DNA from: Gammaproteobacteria bacterium
Lineage (GTDB): Bacteria; Pseudomonadota; Gammaproteobacteria; G965277405
Assembly: GCA_965277405.1 (NCBI GenBank)
Contig: OZ255726.1
Span: forward strand, 960,001 to 1,024,000
Length of the DNA stretch: 64,000 nucleotides
Reading direction: 5' to 3'
Part shown: positions 62,042 through 64,000 of the stretch, in pieces
How positions within the stretch are numbered: position 1 is the first letter of the stretch
How the letters are laid out: each line of letters starts with the position of its first letter
Translations under genes and position numbers: made by a program
The notes under the pieces: generated by a model
Told to the model about the DNA's origin: nothing
The model's database searches: none
The model's input: the letters and a program-made list of their open reading frames with translations, nothing else

Positions 62042-62860
62042 TTAAATTCTAAGTAAATCATTGATGCTGGTTTTGGATCGTGTTTTTTCATCAACATGTT
62101 TCACAATAATTGCTGCGTATAATTGCGTGTCATCTTGTGATGATGGTAGTGTGCCGGCAACGACAACCGAGCCTGCTGGCACTCTACCATAATGAGTCTC
62201 GCCTGTTATTCTGTCATATACCCGTGTACTTTGTCCAATAAAAACACCCATAGAAATAACACTATTGCTCTCAACAATGACACCTTCCACTATCTCTGAA
62301 CGCGCGCCAATAAAGCAATTATCTTCAATAATTGTCGGATTCGATTGTAACGGTTCTAATACTCCACCGATTCCAGCCCCGCCACTCAAATGAACGTTCT
62401 TGCCAATCTGTGCGCATGAACCAACCGTTGCCCAAGTATCTACCATCGAACCAGTGTCTACATAGGCGCCAATGTTTACATATGACGGCATTAATACCAC
62501 GTTATTGGCAATGAACGAACCGTATCGAACCATTGCAGGCGGGACAACTCGGATGCCGCTGTCCACAAAACGGGACGTATCCCAGTTATTAAATTTTGCT
62601 GCGACTTTGTCAAAGTAGCGCGTTGCACCACCTTCGATGACTTTGTTTTGATGCAGCCGAAAGCTCAATAAAATAGCTTGTTTAAGCCACTGATTTGTCT
62701 GCCACCCTGATGCTGTTTTTTCAGCAACGCGAAGTGATCCAGCATCAAGCAGTGCCAATGTCTTATTCACGGCGTCAACTACGCCAATTGGTGGGTCGTT
62801 GGCAGCAATTGTTTGAATTATTGCATACGCTTGTTGAATCTGTTGTTGAAGTTCTTTCAT
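62042..62860 (-). CDS. dapD: Tetrahydrodipicolinate N-succinyltransferase
   Basis: [35 protein letters not shown]. Confidence 0.96.
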   Translation of the reverse strand: MKELQQQIQQAYAIIQTIAANDPPIGVVDAVNKTLALLDAGSLRVAEKTASGWQTNQWLKQAILLSFRLHQNKVIEGGATRYFDKVAAKFNNWDTSRFVDSGIRVVPPAMVRYGSFIANNVVLMPSYVNIGAYVDTGSMVDTWATVGSCAQIGKNVHLSGGAGIGGVLEPLQSNPTIIEDNCFIGARSEIVEGVIVESNSVISMGVFIGQSTRVYDRITGETHYGRVPAGSVVVAGTLPSSQDDTQLYAAIIVKHVDEKTRSKTSINDLLRI

Positions 62861-63681
62861 GGCGCTAATTGTTTAATATTACAAGGCATTGATATGTCGA
62901 CTGTGCCAGTATACACGGTTGCAGTTGGACCAATAAGATAAATTCTGTCTTCGGTCACCTCAACCTCTAACGTACCACCCTTAACAACAACACTAATTGC
63001 TGCTACCTGGTTGTTAGTATGGTGCTGTAAATACACCCAAGCACAAGCGACTGCATTTGTCCCACATGCTCGTGTTTCACCAACCCCGCGTTCATGGGTT
63101 CTTAAGGCAATGCCGTGTTGTAGCTTGGTGAATATGCCAAGATTAATGTCTTCACCAATACTGTCTGCATAGTGTTTTTGCAGATGTGTTTTTAATGCGT
63201 TTAATGGAAAATTATCGATGGCTGTGCCGATATATATTATTGCATGCGGATTATTTGTTGTGAGAACACACATACTAAAGTCACCCCACGGTGTTGTAAC
63301 TTTTATTGCCTTGTTCTGCAATTTAGGCAGTGTAAACTGTACGGATAACCGCGTATCTTTGCGTGAAACATATAATAGCTCGTCTGCTAAATCAAAGGTC
63401 AGTTTTGGCTTATTGCTCAGTGCAAATTGATACACAAAATCCGCAATACAGCGGGCGCCATTGCCGCAGTTTTTTGCTTGACTGCCATCATGGTTATATA
63501 TCGTATACAAAAAATCTGCATCAAGACGATTCGGCGGTGATATAATTAACCATTGATCAAAACCAATGCCAGTATACCGATCAGCTAATTCAACTATTAC
63601 CCTTGCATCTAAATCCAATGTGTTGGTAAACGCTGTAACAATAAAATCGTTACCTGCTCCATGCATTTTGCAAAATTTCAC
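62857..63681 (-). CDS. dapF: Diaminopimelate epimerase
   Basis: [27 protein letters not shown]. Confidence 0.95.
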   Translation of the reverse strand: MKFCKMHGAGNDFIVTAFTNTLDLDARVIVELADRYTGIGFDQWLIISPPNRLDADFLYTIYNHDGSQAKNCGNGARCIADFVYQFALSNKPKLTFDLADELLYVSRKDTRLSVQFTLPKLQNKAIKVTTPWGDFSMCVLTTNNPHAIIYIGTAIDNFPLNALKTHLQKHYADSIGEDINLGIFTKLQHGIALRTHERGVGETRACGTNAVACAWVYLQHHTNNQVAAISVVVKGGTLEVEVTEDRIYLIGPTATVYTGTVDISMPCNIKQLAP

Positions 63682-63729
63682 TATCGCCTTTGCTGCGTCT
63701 TGCCCATCATGGCCATACGCTGCGGCTGC

Positions 63730-64000
63730 TTAGATTCGTTGCTGTTTGTTGGTCCAAACTGCTGCAAATGCTATCAACAGAAACAGCACATACTGTATGG
63801 TCACCATTTCCGGAATATTTAAACCTAGCAACTCCCATGTAACAATCGAACAATCTGCTGTTCCTAGCCAAGCACTTTGCAAAAAACCAAAAACGCTTGA
63901 ATTGTCAAAAAACACACAACTTCCGCTCATTGGTGCCCAGATCATCCAAAGATGGCGTATGGCAAAAAAGCTCCCCACTAAGATTGGTATTAAAGGCAGG
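63730..64000 (-). CDS. dsbB: DsbB-like disulfide bond formation protein, 3' part (5' end outside window)
   Basis: AIRHLW..P..SC..GTADC..TW.LLGL.IP pattern. Confidence 0.65.
   Translation of the reverse strand, partial: LPLIPILVGSFFAIRHLWMIWAPMSGSCVFFDNSSVFGFLQSAWLGTADCSIVTWELLGLNIPEMVTIQYVLFLLIAFAAVWTNKQQRI

Overview
Gammaproteobacterial chromosome segment with three zones. (1) 1-17964: right part of a prophage with a Mu-type head module (portal remnant, MuF, protease I, capsid T, gp36/gp37) and a complete P2-type contractile tail module (V, PAAR, W, J, I, fibre, FI, FII, E/E', T, U, X, D). It ends at the 3' end of tRNA-Ser(GCT). Its portal gene is cut by an already decayed IS5-family element, MuF carries a C-terminal HExxH metallopeptidase followed by a coupled 60-aa candidate immunity gene, and the tape-measure gene contains 28 in-frame copies of an 18-bp minisatellite. 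(2) 18175-36800 and 57400-64000: housekeeping genes (sohB, tatD, gph, znuACB-zur, gpmA, slmA, ffh, recO, pdxJ, metK, ahcY, apt, ABC-F, orn, adk, pyrE, glmS, ridA, dapD, dapF, dsbB). These are peppered with a ~285-bp structured MITE family whose ends match IS5-subgroup ends. (3) 37000-57200: accessory DNA with an ECF biotin transporter, an AT-rich decaying island (orphan merB behind an IS5 left end; a C39-peptidase/membrane partner/L,D-transpeptidase operon; IS481, IS5 and tyrosine-recombinase relics), and a sugar/sugar-acid catabolic cluster with ABC and TRAP transporters. All calls come from motif recognition by eye; no database searches were run.
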